A stretch of 64,000 bases of DNA from Sphingomonas sp. (GTDB lineage Bacteria > Pseudomonadota > Alphaproteobacteria > Sphingomonadales > Sphingomonadaceae). Positions 48,925 through 57,598 of the stretch are shown here, piece by piece (positions within the stretch are counted from its first letter, which is position 1; every line of letters starts with the position of its first letter). The stretch is taken from the NCBI RefSeq assembly GCF_017304615.1, contig NZ_JAFKLZ010000001.1:1450570-1514569 (forward strand), given 5' to 3'. The translations under genes and the position numbers were made by a program. The notes beneath the pieces are model-generated. The model did not search any database. It saw nothing but the letters and a program-made list of their open reading frames with translations, and was not told the DNA's origin.

Positions 48925-48943
48925 CGGCTGACCCACGCAGCTT

Positions 48944-49016
48944 GTGCTCCGGCGAAGGCCAAAGCGCGGGAAATCGAAGACCATTGCTGCCAACGCTCCG
49001 GCCTTCGCCGGAGCAC
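48944..49016. repeat. REP-like nested-palindrome element, copy 1 (left inner arm degenerate)
   Basis: GTGCTCCGGCGAAGGCC...GGCCTTCGCCGGAGCAC form 17-bp perfect outer inverted repeats. It shares GCCAACGCTCCGGCCTTC.CCGGAGC with copy 2. Confidence 0.85.
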
Positions 49017-49039
49017 GGCCACGCGTCCAACCATCGGCG

Positions 49040-49144
49040 TCACTTGGTCGGCTTTTCCGCAGGCGCGGGTCGCGCCATCGCCGCATAGGCAGCCACGCCG
49101 CTCAGAATTGACCCCGCCACCAGCAGAATGAGTACGCGCTTCAT
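49040..49144 (-). CDS. 34-aa putative membrane peptide between leuC and leuD
   Basis: [34 protein letters not shown]. The ATG makes an ATGA overlap with the leuC stop. Confidence 0.35.
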   Translation of the reverse strand: MKRVLILLVAGSILSGVAAYAAMARPAPAEKPTK

Positions 49145-50577
49145 CGCCGACCCCCCATCAAGTCGCGGACGTCGGTCAGTCGTCCCGTGACCGCCGCGGC
49201 CGCCGCCATTGCCGGGGAAACCAAATGTGTCCGCGCGCCCGGCCCCTGTCGTCCTACGAAATTCCGATTCGAGGTGGAAGCGCACCGTGCGCCAGACGGT
49301 ACTTTATCCGGGTTCATTGCCAGGCACATCGAGCATCCGGGTTCGCGCCATTCGAATCCGGCGGACAGGAAGATGCGGTCGAGCCCTTCGGCCTCGGCCT
49401 GGCGCTTGACGATGCCCGAACCCGGCACGACCAGCGCGCGCACGCCGTCGGCGACGTGGCGGCCGTCCGCGACCGAGGCGGCGGCGCGCAGATCCTCGAT
49501 CCGGCTATTCGTGCAACTGCCGATGAAGATATAGTCGATGGCCACGTCCTGCATCGCGGTGCCCGCGGTCAGGCCCATATAGTCCAGCGATTTCTGCGCC
49601 GCGACGCGCTTCGACGCATCCTCGAAGCTTTCCGGGTCGGGCACGATGCCGGTGATCGGCACGACGTCCTCCGGGCTGGTGCCCCAGGTCAGCGACGGCG
49701 CGATGTCGCTCGCCGATAGCGTGACTACACGGTCATAGCGCGCTTCCGGGTCGGCAGGCAGCGTGCGCCACCACGCGACAGCCTGCTCCCACAAATCCCC
49801 CGTCGGCGCCATCGGGCGGCCCTTGAGATAGTCGAACGTCTTGTCGTCCGGCGCGATCAGGCCCGCGCGCGCGCCGCCCTCGATCGACATGTTGGCGACG
49901 GTCAGCCTTCCCTCGATCGACAGGTCGCGAATCGTGTCGCCGGTATATTCGACGACATAGCCAGTCCCGCCCGCCGCGCCGATCTTGCCGATGATCGCCA
50001 GTACGACATCCTTGGCCGACACGCCGAACCCAAGCGCGCCCTCGACGCGGATTTCCATCGTCTTGGATTGCTGAAGCAACAGCGTTTGCGTGGCGAGCAC
50101 ATGCTCGACCTCGCTGGTGCCGATGCCGAACGCCAGCGCCCCCAGCGCGCCGTGCGCCGAGGTATGGCTGTCGCCGCAGACCAGCGTGGTGCCCGGCAGC
50201 GTGAAGCCCTGCTCCGGCCCGACGACGTGGACGATCCCCTGCGCCTCGGCGAGCGCATCGATATAGGGCACGCCGAATTCCGCAACATTGCGGCGCAGCG
50301 CCTCGAGTTGATTCGCGCTCTCCGGATCGGCGATCGGTATCGGGTTGCCCGCCGCATCCACACGCGGGCTGGTCGGCAGATTGTGGTCAGGCACCGCCAG
50401 CGTCAGATCAGGCCGCCGCACCCCGCGCCCGGCGGCGCGCAGCCCCTCGAAGGCCTGCGGACTGGTCACTTCGTGGACCAGGTGCCGGTCGATATAGATC
50501 AGGCACGTCCCGTCGTCGCGCCGCTCGACGACGTGCGCATCCCAGATCTTTTCGTACAGGGTCTTCGGGCGACTCAT
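49141..50577 (-). CDS. leuC: 3-isopropylmalate dehydratase large subunit
   Basis: ATG 50577 gives [17 protein letters not shown]. Aconitase-family Cys motifs [11 protein letters not shown] and [10 protein letters not shown]. Confidence 0.93.
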   Translation of the reverse strand: MSRPKTLYEKIWDAHVVERRDDGTCLIYIDRHLVHEVTSPQAFEGLRAAGRGVRRPDLTLAVPDHNLPTSPRVDAAGNPIPIADPESANQLEALRRNVAEFGVPYIDALAEAQGIVHVVGPEQGFTLPGTTLVCGDSHTSAHGALGALAFGIGTSEVEHVLATQTLLLQQSKTMEIRVEGALGFGVSAKDVVLAIIGKIGAAGGTGYVVEYTGDTIRDLSIEGRLTVANMSIEGGARAGLIAPDDKTFDYLKGRPMAPTGDLWEQAVAWWRTLPADPEARYDRVVTLSASDIAPSLTWGTSPEDVVPITGIVPDPESFEDASKRVAAQKSLDYMGLTAGTAMQDVAIDYIFIGSCTNSRIEDLRAAASVADGRHVADGVRALVVPGSGIVKRQAEAEGLDRIFLSAGFEWREPGCSMCLAMNPDKVPSGARCASTSNRNFVGRQGPGARTHLVSPAMAAAAAVTGRLTDVRDLMGGRR

Positions 50578-50669
50578 GCTGAGCGCCCTACTCGCTTGTT
50601 GCTCGATCGCAAGCGACAAAGGAATTTTGTTGCGCGCTCAAGCGGCCAGCCGCGTTAGCGGTGCAGGCG

Positions 50670-51239
50670 TCAGCCGATCGTCGGAAAATAGAGGATGAAA
50701 TAGGTGATCATCAAGCTCTGGATCGCGGCCGGGATAAGCAGCTGCACCCAGCGATTGCCCGCCAGCCAGGCGATCGCGATGAGCACGAGCGACGGCGGCA
50801 GGATGGCATAGGATGCCCAGTCCATCAGCGCCTCTTTCGGCAGGACCGTGAAATTCGTGATCACGCCGGCGATCACATATCCCGTCAGCGCGGCCAGATA
50901 GAGATGGCGCTCCTCCAAGGCGTGCTCGCCTAGATCGACATTCTCCTGATGACCGGGTTTCGGCACCAGCCAGAGGATATAGAGGAAGATCGCCGACGCC
51001 TGCAGCAGCAGGAAGACCAAGGTCGCCAGGCTCCATTTCGGCACGGTCCGGACCAGCCAGAGGCTCGTCCACAGGTCGAGGATCAGCGAAAGGCCGATCG
51101 TCAGCCACAACGCATAGCCGATCGTCCACCGCACGGTTGGCCGCGCACGGACCAGTTCGCCGACGCCGCTGATCAACTGCGTCAGCGCCAGCGACAGCAC
51201 AACCGAAAACAGGATCAAGAAATATTCGAAAACACTCAT
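50670..51239 (-). CDS. membrane protein of unknown function
   Basis: 189 aa with about 6 hydrophobic helices. No motif recognised. Confidence 0.55.
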   Translation of the reverse strand: MSVFEYFLILFSVVLSLALTQLISGVGELVRARPTVRWTIGYALWLTIGLSLILDLWTSLWLVRTVPKWSLATLVFLLLQASAIFLYILWLVPKPGHQENVDLGEHALEERHLYLAALTGYVIAGVITNFTVLPKEALMDWASYAILPPSLVLIAIAWLAGNRWVQLLIPAAIQSLMITYFILYFPTIG

Positions 51240-51268
51240 GCCGCCCCCCGGGGGACGGTGTAGCGGTG

Positions 51269-51949
51269 TCAGGCCGCGGCGGAAAGCGGCCGCGGCGCCG
51301 GCTCATTTTCCAGCGCGTCGGCCCAATCGGTACGGCGCGGCAGCCACGGGTTGAGGAACAGAACCGGGATCTTGAGGAACAGCAATTCGCGGTGAATCCA
51401 GAAATCGGTCAGCCGCTCAGTCCACTTCGCCTGCCGCCGGCCCGTGCGGGCCAGCCAGTCGCGATACGGCATCCAGTGGCTCGGCTCGTCCTTCTCGACG
51501 ATTCGGAAGATGCGCATCATCACGGGGTCGTGCTTGATCAGCGGCGACTTAAGCAGTTTCTCGACCTGCCACATCCCGCGCATCTCGGTCAGCATGATGA
51601 CTCGGCACAACCGTTCGAACATGTCGGGCGAATCGATCACCTGCTGCGTATCGAGATCGTCGATCGTCACGCGAAACACGATCTCGACGAAGCGGTCGAT
51701 ATGGCCGAGCGCGCGATCGACCTTGAGCGGCATCTTGCCCTGCAGTTCGAACCAGCGCCGGAACATCGTGTAATGCTTGCGCTCGTCGGCGCGGTGCTTC
51801 TCGATCGCGGCGATGAACACATGGTCGTCGGGGCAGCGCACCCGAACCGCCTCCAGCACGCGGTCGATCGAGGTATAACCGCGATGTTCGTTGTAGATGT
51901 AGATCGATGCCAGGACATCGAGGTAACGGCGGCGGAACGCGACGAACAT
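51269..51949 (-). CDS. ferritin-like (di-iron carboxylate) domain protein
   Basis: Repeated E..H-type ligand motifs (NEHRGY, DERKHY, EMRG, EKDEPSH). Confidence 0.55.
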   Translation of the reverse strand: MFVAFRRRYLDVLASIYIYNEHRGYTSIDRVLEAVRVRCPDDHVFIAAIEKHRADERKHYTMFRRWFELQGKMPLKVDRALGHIDRFVEIVFRVTIDDLDTQQVIDSPDMFERLCRVIMLTEMRGMWQVEKLLKSPLIKHDPVMMRIFRIVEKDEPSHWMPYRDWLARTGRRQAKWTERLTDFWIHRELLFLKIPVLFLNPWLPRRTDWADALENEPAPRPLSAAA

Positions 51950-52073
51950 CGGGCAGTGCTACTCCTCGCCACGCCCGCCGACAATCAGGAGGATCGGCGG
52001 CGAGCCTTGCGGCGAATCGTTGGTGCCGCCATAGGGGCGCCGAGTTCACTCCCACCGATCAGGATACGCCGCC

Positions 52074-52301
52074 ATGAAGGTCCGCATCGTCGTCACCCTC
52101 AAGCCCGGCGTACTCGACCCGCAGGGCAAGGCGATCCACAAGTCGCTCGAGGGCCTGGGGTTCGGCGGCATCAACGACGTCCGCGCCGGCAAGGTGATCG
52201 AGATGGATGTGGCCGACGGCACCAGCGACGACGACCTGGACGGCATGTGCCGCAAGCTGATCGCCAATACGGTCATCGAGAATTACCGGATCGAACGATA
52301 G
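52074..52301 (+). CDS. purS: phosphoribosylformylglycinamidine synthase subunit PurS
   Basis: MKVRIVVTLKPGVLDPQGKAIHKSLEGLGF. Confidence 0.92.
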   Translation: MKVRIVVTLKPGVLDPQGKAIHKSLEGLGFGGINDVRAGKVIEMDVADGTSDDDLDGMCRKLIANTVIENYRIER

Positions 52302-52331
52302 AGTGATGGCTTGCGCCCTTCCCATTTCTCC

Positions 52332-52403
52332 GTGCTCCGGCGAAGGCCGGAGCGTTGGAGAGGCAAGACCGGGTCGCCAACGCTCCGGCCTTCTCCGGAG
52401 CGC
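52332..52403. repeat. REP-like nested-palindrome element, copy 2 (intact)
   Basis: 27-nt arms match 25/27 as inverted repeats around an 18-nt loop. Each arm is itself a hairpin: GCTCCGG-N6-CCGGAGC at 52334-52353 and 52382-52401. Confidence 0.9.
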
Positions 52404-52427
52404 AATTGATATCGAAAGGGATCATCG

Positions 52428-53096
52428 ATGACCGCTGCCGTTATCGTCTTCCCCGGATCGAACTGCGACCGCGACCTGGCGGTGGCGATCGCGGCGGTGA
52501 CGGGGCGGAAGCCCGTGATGCTGTGGCATGCGGAGACCGAATTACCCGCGGGATGCGACCTGATCGCGCTTCCTGGCGGCTTTTCCTACGGCGACTATCT
52601 CCGCTCCGGCGCGATGGCGGCGCGGTCGCCGGTGATGCGCGCGGTTATGGAAGCGGCCGAGCGCGGCGTGCCGGTGCTAGGCGTGTGCAACGGGTTCCAG
52701 GTGCTGACCGAAACCGGCCTGCTGCCCGGCGCCCTGATGCGTAACGCCGGGCTGAACTTCGTGTGCCGCGACGTCGAGCTGTCCGTCGAAAACGCGCAGT
52801 CCGCCTTCACCAGCCGCTATGCCGCGGGCGAGAAGATCCACATCCCGGTCGCGCACCATGACGGCAACTTCACCGCCGACCCGGAGACGCTCGACCGGCT
52901 CGAGGGCGAAGGCCGCGTCGCGTTCCGCTATACTGGCAACGTCAACGGCTCGGCACGACAGATTGCGGGCGTGCTCAACGCGGCCGGCAACGTGCTCGGC
53001 ATGATGCCCCACCCCGAACGCAAGATCGAAGCCGCGCATGGCGGCGACGACGGGCGGCGGCTGTTCGAGGGATTGATGGAACTGGTCGGGGCTTGA
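52428..53096 (+). CDS. purQ: phosphoribosylformylglycinamidine synthase subunit PurQ (glutaminase)
   Basis: [29 protein letters not shown] and MPHPER. Confidence 0.93.
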   Translation: MTAAVIVFPGSNCDRDLAVAIAAVTGRKPVMLWHAETELPAGCDLIALPGGFSYGDYLRSGAMAARSPVMRAVMEAAERGVPVLGVCNGFQVLTETGLLPGALMRNAGLNFVCRDVELSVENAQSAFTSRYAAGEKIHIPVAHHDGNFTADPETLDRLEGEGRVAFRYTGNVNGSARQIAGVLNAAGNVLGMMPHPERKIEAAHGGDDGRRLFEGLMELVGA

Positions 53097-53131
53097 CCTT
53101 CGCATCCAATGTTGCTACAGTTGCAACTTAG

Positions 53132-53395
53132 ATGGCGGAGGTTCAATTGTCGACGGTGACCGTAAGAGAATTGAATGCCAACATTTCCAAGGCGATCGCT
53201 CGTGTCGAGGCCGGGGAGACATTGGAAATCATGAAAAATGGCCGGGTCGTCGCTGAGATGCGCCCCCATATGCGCGAACAAAGCGAAGCTTGGCGGCGAG
53301 CGCACAAGGACTCGGCTACGTTTCTCCGTCGGGGAATCAATTTGGGCATAGGTCGCGTCAAAGCCGCCGACAAATACGACGATGCCGAGATATGA
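53132..53395 (+). CDS. type II antitoxin (Phd/YefM-like N-terminus; VapB partner)
   Basis: 87 aa with TVTVRELNANISKAIARVEAGETLEIMKNGRVVA. ATGA overlap with the PIN toxin. Confidence 0.8.
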   Translation: MAEVQLSTVTVRELNANISKAIARVEAGETLEIMKNGRVVAEMRPHMREQSEAWRRAHKDSATFLRRGINLGIGRVKAADKYDDAEI

Positions 53396-53841
53396 GATTC
53401 ACCGTCGATTCCAATGTTTTGGTATATGCGCTGGATGCGGGCACGCCGGACAAACATGTAGTCGCGGTCGATATAATGATCCGCGCTTCGATGCTCGACA
53501 TGGTGCTGACGGCCCAGGCGCTTGCCGAATTTCTCGCAGTCATCCGGCGCAAATATTCGGAGCACTTTGCGGCCGCCCTCGATCAAGCGCGCCGCTGGAC
53601 CGTGCTGTTTCCGCCAATCGCGACGACACACGATCATGTGGTGGCCGGGGGAGACTTCGCGATCCGGCACAAGCTCCAGTTTTGGGATAGCGTCATTTGG
53701 CAAGCGGCGGCTTCCAAACAAGCCGTCTATTTTTTGTCAGAAGACCTGCAGGACGGACTGTCGATCAACGGCATGACGGTGCTGAATCCGTTCAATGACG
53801 ATAACGCTTCTCTGCTTGGCGAAGTATTGCAAGAAGACTAA
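53392..53841 (+). CDS. vapC: PIN-domain toxin VapC
   Basis: MRFTVDSNVLVYAL (first acidic residue). Later conserved acidic residues lie in LAEF and FWDSVIW contexts. 149 aa. Confidence 0.8.
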   Translation: MRFTVDSNVLVYALDAGTPDKHVVAVDIMIRASMLDMVLTAQALAEFLAVIRRKYSEHFAAALDQARRWTVLFPPIATTHDHVVAGGDFAIRHKLQFWDSVIWQAAASKQAVYFLSEDLQDGLSINGMTVLNPFNDDNASLLGEVLQED

Positions 53842-54578
53842 ACCTTCGCCCGGAATGGCGAAAAATCTGTGCCGTCATCGAACACATCGACGCCCTCGGT
53901 TCGCTTCAGCCCGCCCACCACCAGATATGTCACCGGCGTCAGGAGCACTTCCCACGCCACCTTCAGCGCCCATTGCGTGAACAGCAACTTGATCACCAGC
54001 GCGTGGGTGAACCCCTCCGCGCTCCAGAACGCCAGCGGATAGAAGATCAGGCTGTCGACGCCCTCCCCCGCGATGGTCGATCCGATCGTGCGCATCCACA
54101 AATGCTTGCCGGCGCTCCAGATCTTCATCTTCGCCAGCACGAACGAATTGACGAACTCGCCCGCCCAGAACGCGCAGCAACTGGCGAACACGATGCGCGG
54201 CACCTGGCCGAAGATCGTCTCATATGCCTTCTGGTTGGTCCAATCCGGCGCGGGCGGCAGCGCTACGACGACCCAGCTCATCAGCGCCATGAACAGAACC
54301 GCGCCGAACCCCGCCCAGATCACGCGCCGCGCCCGCGCGTATCCATAAACCTCGGTCAGAACGTCGCCGATCACATAGCTGATCGGGAAGAACAGGATGC
54401 CCGCCCCGAACGGCCAGTATCCGTACCCCGGCAACCAAACTTGCGCGACCTTCCCCGCGCCGATCACGTTCGACAGCAACAGGATCGCGACGAACGCCGC
54501 CATCACGAAGTCGTAGTAGCGGAACTCGCGCACCGTATTCGCGGTCACCGCGCGCAATCTGTGATCCCCCTCGGTCAT
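53838..54578 (-). CDS. yhhQ: queuosine-precursor transporter (YhhQ/DUF165 family)
   Basis: FPISYVIGDVLTEVYGY and RTIGSTIAGEGVDSLIFYPLAF are typical of DUF165. Confidence 0.85.
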   Translation of the reverse strand: MTEGDHRLRAVTANTVREFRYYDFVMAAFVAILLLSNVIGAGKVAQVWLPGYGYWPFGAGILFFPISYVIGDVLTEVYGYARARRVIWAGFGAVLFMALMSWVVVALPPAPDWTNQKAYETIFGQVPRIVFASCCAFWAGEFVNSFVLAKMKIWSAGKHLWMRTIGSTIAGEGVDSLIFYPLAFWSAEGFTHALVIKLLFTQWALKVAWEVLLTPVTYLVVGGLKRTEGVDVFDDGTDFSPFRAKV

Positions 54579-54636
54579 TCGGGCGTTATGATCGGCGTTC
54601 CTTCCTCGCGCAATCCGCGCTAGGCGGCTTCGCGAC

Positions 54637-54713
54637 GCGCCCGTAGTTCAACTGGATAGAGCACGAGCCTTCTAAGCTTGGAGTTGCAGGTTCGAGTCCT
54701 GCCGGGCGCGCCA
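54637..54713 (+). tRNA. tRNA-Arg (anticodon TCT)
   Basis: GCGCCCGTAGTTCAACTGGATAGAGCACGAGCCTTCTAAGCTTGGAGTTGCAGGTTCGAGTCCTGCCGGGCGCGCCA. Anticodon loop CUUCUAA; encoded CCA. Confidence 0.92.
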
Positions 54714-54719
54714 ATCACC
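54712..54719. repeat. left 8-bp direct repeat (target-site duplication) CAATCACC
   Basis: Identical to 60359-60366. Overlaps the last 2 nt of the tRNA-Arg CCA. Confidence 0.8.
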
Positions 54720-54742
54720 CGGTATTATGGCGCAATTGCACC
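54720..54742 (+). repeat. left terminal inverted repeat (IRL)
   Basis: cggtattatggcgcaattgcacc versus the reverse complement of 60336-60358, cggtattatggcgcaaacgcacc. Confidence 0.85.
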
Positions 54743-54802
54743 GGACTCCAAACCTTTGAATCTGCGTTTCTTTCTGGTCAAACCGACCGAAAGGGACATC
54801 AC

Positions 54803-55282
54803 ATGGGCATTAGCAACGGTCGCGCTCATCTGGAGCGCAGGATCAGCACCTACCTCTCCGAACTCAACGAAAAACGCCGGCTCGCGAAGGGTGCGACCGA
54901 GGCTGCTGCCGACCTGCCGAGTCTACAAACTCGCATCACTCGGCTGGAAGAACTCATCCACGCGATCGAGACGCTACTTCGTGAAGACGACCCGTCGTGG
55001 AACTGTTCTCGCGTCAAGCCGAAGAAGAAGCACGCATTTCAGTCTCCTTTCCCGCTCGGCGAGGCCGGACCGATGGCGCTTGATGTGCTGCGTGAAGCGA
55101 CCGAGCCGATGACCTGTCGCGACATTGTTAGGACGATGCTCGCGAACATCGGTGTCGCCGATTATGAGCGAGACCTGTTGGACAAATGCACCAACTCGCT
55201 CGCTGCCTATCTCACGAAACACAAGGGTGACCTGATCGAATCGAATGGCGCTTGGCCGCAGAAATGGTGGGTGATTCGTTGA
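54803..55282 (+). CDS. hypothetical protein (coiled-coil N-terminus, possible winged-helix C-terminus), cargo
   Basis: 159 aa. ATG preceded by AAAGGGA. No family recognised. Confidence 0.5.
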   Translation: MGISNGRAHLERRISTYLSELNEKRRLAKGATEAAADLPSLQTRITRLEELIHAIETLLREDDPSWNCSRVKPKKKHAFQSPFPLGEAGPMALDVLREATEPMTCRDIVRTMLANIGVADYERDLLDKCTNSLAAYLTKHKGDLIESNGAWPQKWWVIR

Positions 55283-55305
55283 ATCGAGTTTGGAGCCGAA
55301 AAACT

Positions 55306-55372
55306 ATCTGAGAAAAGACGCGAGTTAGTTCGCTAAATTGTTGGACGGTCACCAATACCAATCTGAGAAAAG
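55306..55372 (+). repeat. 12-bp direct repeat ATCTGAGAAAAG x2 upstream of the transposase
   Basis: Exact copies at 55306-55317 and 55361-55372. Confidence 0.8.
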
Positions 55373-55527
55373 GAGTTGTTGACCGACCCTAAAAATCTGC
55401 ATTTTTCCTCTGCTGCACTAAGGCAACGGAGGCTAAGTCGCAGCATTTTCTTCTCTCGAAACAGGCGCGTGAGCTGAGCGTAAAGGGCATCACGCGCCTG
55501 TCCGACGAAGAGGCATTCTCGAAATAT

Positions 55528-56403
55528 GTGGCGCTGCGCTTCGTCCACAACGGCGGCAAGCCGTTCTGCGAACGTTGCAACTCTCAAGATCTTTATTTCA
55601 TCTCCACGCGGCGCAAATGGAAGTGCGCCAACAAAGGCTGTCAGCGCCATTTCTCGCCAACGACCGATACGCCCTTCGCGAGCCGTAAGCTCAGCTATCG
55701 CGACATCCTCATCGCAATCGCTCTTTTCGCAAAGGAGCCAAAAGGTCTGCCGGCCATTCGGCTGAGTCATCAGCTTGAGGTGGGTTACAAAACGGCGTTC
55801 GTTCTTCTGCATAAGATTCGGGAGCAAGTTGGCATCGAACAGCATCGGCACAAGTTGCGTGGCATTGTCGAAATCGATGGTGGCTATAACGGCGGCTACG
55901 TGCGGCCGTTCAACAATCAGGGCGACCGCATCGATAGGCGCGCCACGCGCTACTCTGAGAAGCGAAAATGCGTCTGCATCATGCGCGAGCGTGGCGGTCG
56001 AAGCAGGGCATTCATTTGCAGCGAGACAGAGGCGGCACGACTTGCACCGGAGGTCATTGAGCCCGGTAGCATTATCGTTTCGGACTACCACCCGGCCTAC
56101 AACCGGTTACGTTCCCAATATCACGTTCTCAGGGTCAATCACGACAAGCAGTTCGCAGACGGGAACGCCTCGACTAACTGGGCGGAGTCGTACTTCGCTA
56201 GACTAGATCGCGCAGAGAAGGGGATCTTCCACCGCTTCGCTGGCGAATATTTCAGCGCCTACGTCAACGAGATTTCGTGGCGCGAGGACACTCGACGACA
56301 GAGCGATTTGCAGAAGTTCGACGCGCTGGCGCATTTGATGACGCGCGGCGGCGTATCACGGCGGTGGAAGGGGTATTGGCAACGACGGAAAGCTGCCGCG
56401 TGA
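55528..56403 (+). CDS. IS1595-family transposase (Zn-ribbon + ISXO2-like DDE domain)
   Basis: FCERCNSQDLYFISTRRKWKCANKGCQRHFSPTTDTPFASRKLSYRDILIAI (CxxC...CxxC ribbon), then EIDGGYNGG and later acidic residues. Homology-like sequence (LSDEEAFSKYVALRF) continues upstream of the GTG start with no start codon. Confidence 0.8.
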   Translation: MALRFVHNGGKPFCERCNSQDLYFISTRRKWKCANKGCQRHFSPTTDTPFASRKLSYRDILIAIALFAKEPKGLPAIRLSHQLEVGYKTAFVLLHKIREQVGIEQHRHKLRGIVEIDGGYNGGYVRPFNNQGDRIDRRATRYSEKRKCVCIMRERGGRSRAFICSETEAARLAPEVIEPGSIIVSDYHPAYNRLRSQYHVLRVNHDKQFADGNASTNWAESYFARLDRAEKGIFHRFAGEYFSAYVNEISWREDTRRQSDLQKFDALAHLMTRGGVSRRWKGYWQRRKAAA

Positions 56404-56606
56404 TGAGCACCTTTCGTTTCCACCTGATCGGCAGCGCCCAACCAGTCGAGCTAGATGTCGTCGCATCCACCATGGCCGAACTGGCCGGGTTGGTATCGCG
56501 GCAACGTTTTATCGAAGGTCGAATGACACAGCCTGACAGCGACGGCGTTTTAAGCGGGATGCTGATCGCCACGTCCCGGATACAGTGCGTGGTCGAAGTC
56601 AGTTAG
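56403..56606 (+). CDS. 67-aa hypothetical, start overlaps the transposase stop by 1 nt
   Basis: TGATG junction. MSTFRFHLIGSAQPVELDVVASTMAELAGLVSRQRF... Confidence 0.4.
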   Translation: MSTFRFHLIGSAQPVELDVVASTMAELAGLVSRQRFIEGRMTQPDSDGVLSGMLIATSRIQCVVEVS

Positions 56607-56988
56607 CGGCATCGTCCCGCATCACGAGGCCGCTATCAGTGTCGACCTCGTATTTTGAAAAGTTGACCTTACCGTTCGTCTGGCCGCGAGAACAAATGAC
56701 CTGATAGTGATGGCCCGACACGCGCGAGACGCTAACGGTCTCCCAACACCCGCTATCCTTGGTCGAGATGATCTCGCGAAACCCGTTGCCCGAGCTATCA
56801 AGGTCGTGCGCCTTTTGAAGGCCGGGATCGCCAGCCAAGAATTGCGCGTCTTTAATGTTGATCGGTTGAGCGGCTTCCGATTGATCGTCGCTTTTGCCTG
56901 AGCCGCCAAACATACAGCTACCGATCCCCAGCAGCATGAGTAGACCCAACATGGCGCTGCCTGCGCCGCCCTGCGCTCGATTGCTCAC
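56599..56988 (-). CDS. putative lipoprotein, cargo
   Basis: LLMLLGIGSC lipobox-like motif after a short N-terminus. 129 aa. The start is either GTG 56988 or ATG 56952. Confidence 0.55.
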   Translation of the reverse strand: MSNRAQGGAGSAMLGLLMLLGIGSCMFGGSGKSDDQSEAAQPINIKDAQFLAGDPGLQKAHDLDSSGNGFREIISTKDSGCWETVSVSRVSGHHYQVICSRGQTNGKVNFSKYEVDTDSGLVMRDDAAN

Positions 56989-57598
56989 GATGTGATCCCG
57001 CGTTCGCCCGGCTGGTGCCGGGACGGTTAGTCACGCGCGAACACGGGTAAGCACGCCCCGCTTATTCGGCAGAGCCTGTTTTATTGAGCGGGCCGCCCGA
57101 CATGGCGGACCCGTGTTCAGTGCGTGATGCACACCCCGCTCAGGTGACTAAGCCGTTGCGGGGCTCGCTAATGTTACAGCGGCTTCCAGCGCGTTAGCAA
57201 GCTCATTGCACCGGCTAGCTTTAACCTTATCTCAATCTAAGAGCTTGCAAGAATCAGTTTAAGATGCGCAGGAAGCTCCACATTTTAGGAACAATCCCTC
57301 ACATTCGGGGTTGATAAGCTGCCTTTTGTATGTTACAAAGGTAGCGCTTTTGAGTAGATAGATGCCGGTTAACCCCGGCGTCGGTCTCCATGAGCCGGAT
57401 TTGTCTACGTGCCTTTTGTGTTTAGGGATGAACCTCAAATTAGTTGAGCATTCCTGAACTAAAATGCCTGGATGGGAAGACTGGAGAGCGCCGGAACTTT
57501 TGTTTCCGTGAGGTAATTCGGTCCACCGCCGCAGCGAAGGGAGAAAGCGTTAGGCAACGAGATTGGGCGGAGTGGCAGAGATGCCCTCCGCCTTTCTG

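Noticed and set aside
51950-52073. ZTP/purine-type riboswitch upstream of purS
   Set aside because: I could not find the conserved ZTP core (GGGUCGUGAC...CCGCCUGGGCA) or a purine-riboswitch three-way junction by eye. An Infernal scan would be decisive.
54579-54636. preQ1 riboswitch upstream of yhhQ
   Set aside because: The leader is only 58 nt and lacks the preQ1-I/II consensus (no A-rich tail or UAGCUA-type motif).
57566-57592. Hairpin GGCGGAG-13 nt-CTCCGCC as terminator of the 280-aa gene
   Set aside because: The stem is only 7 bp with a large loop, and no U-tract follows on the relevant (minus) strand. It is too weak to annotate as a terminator.
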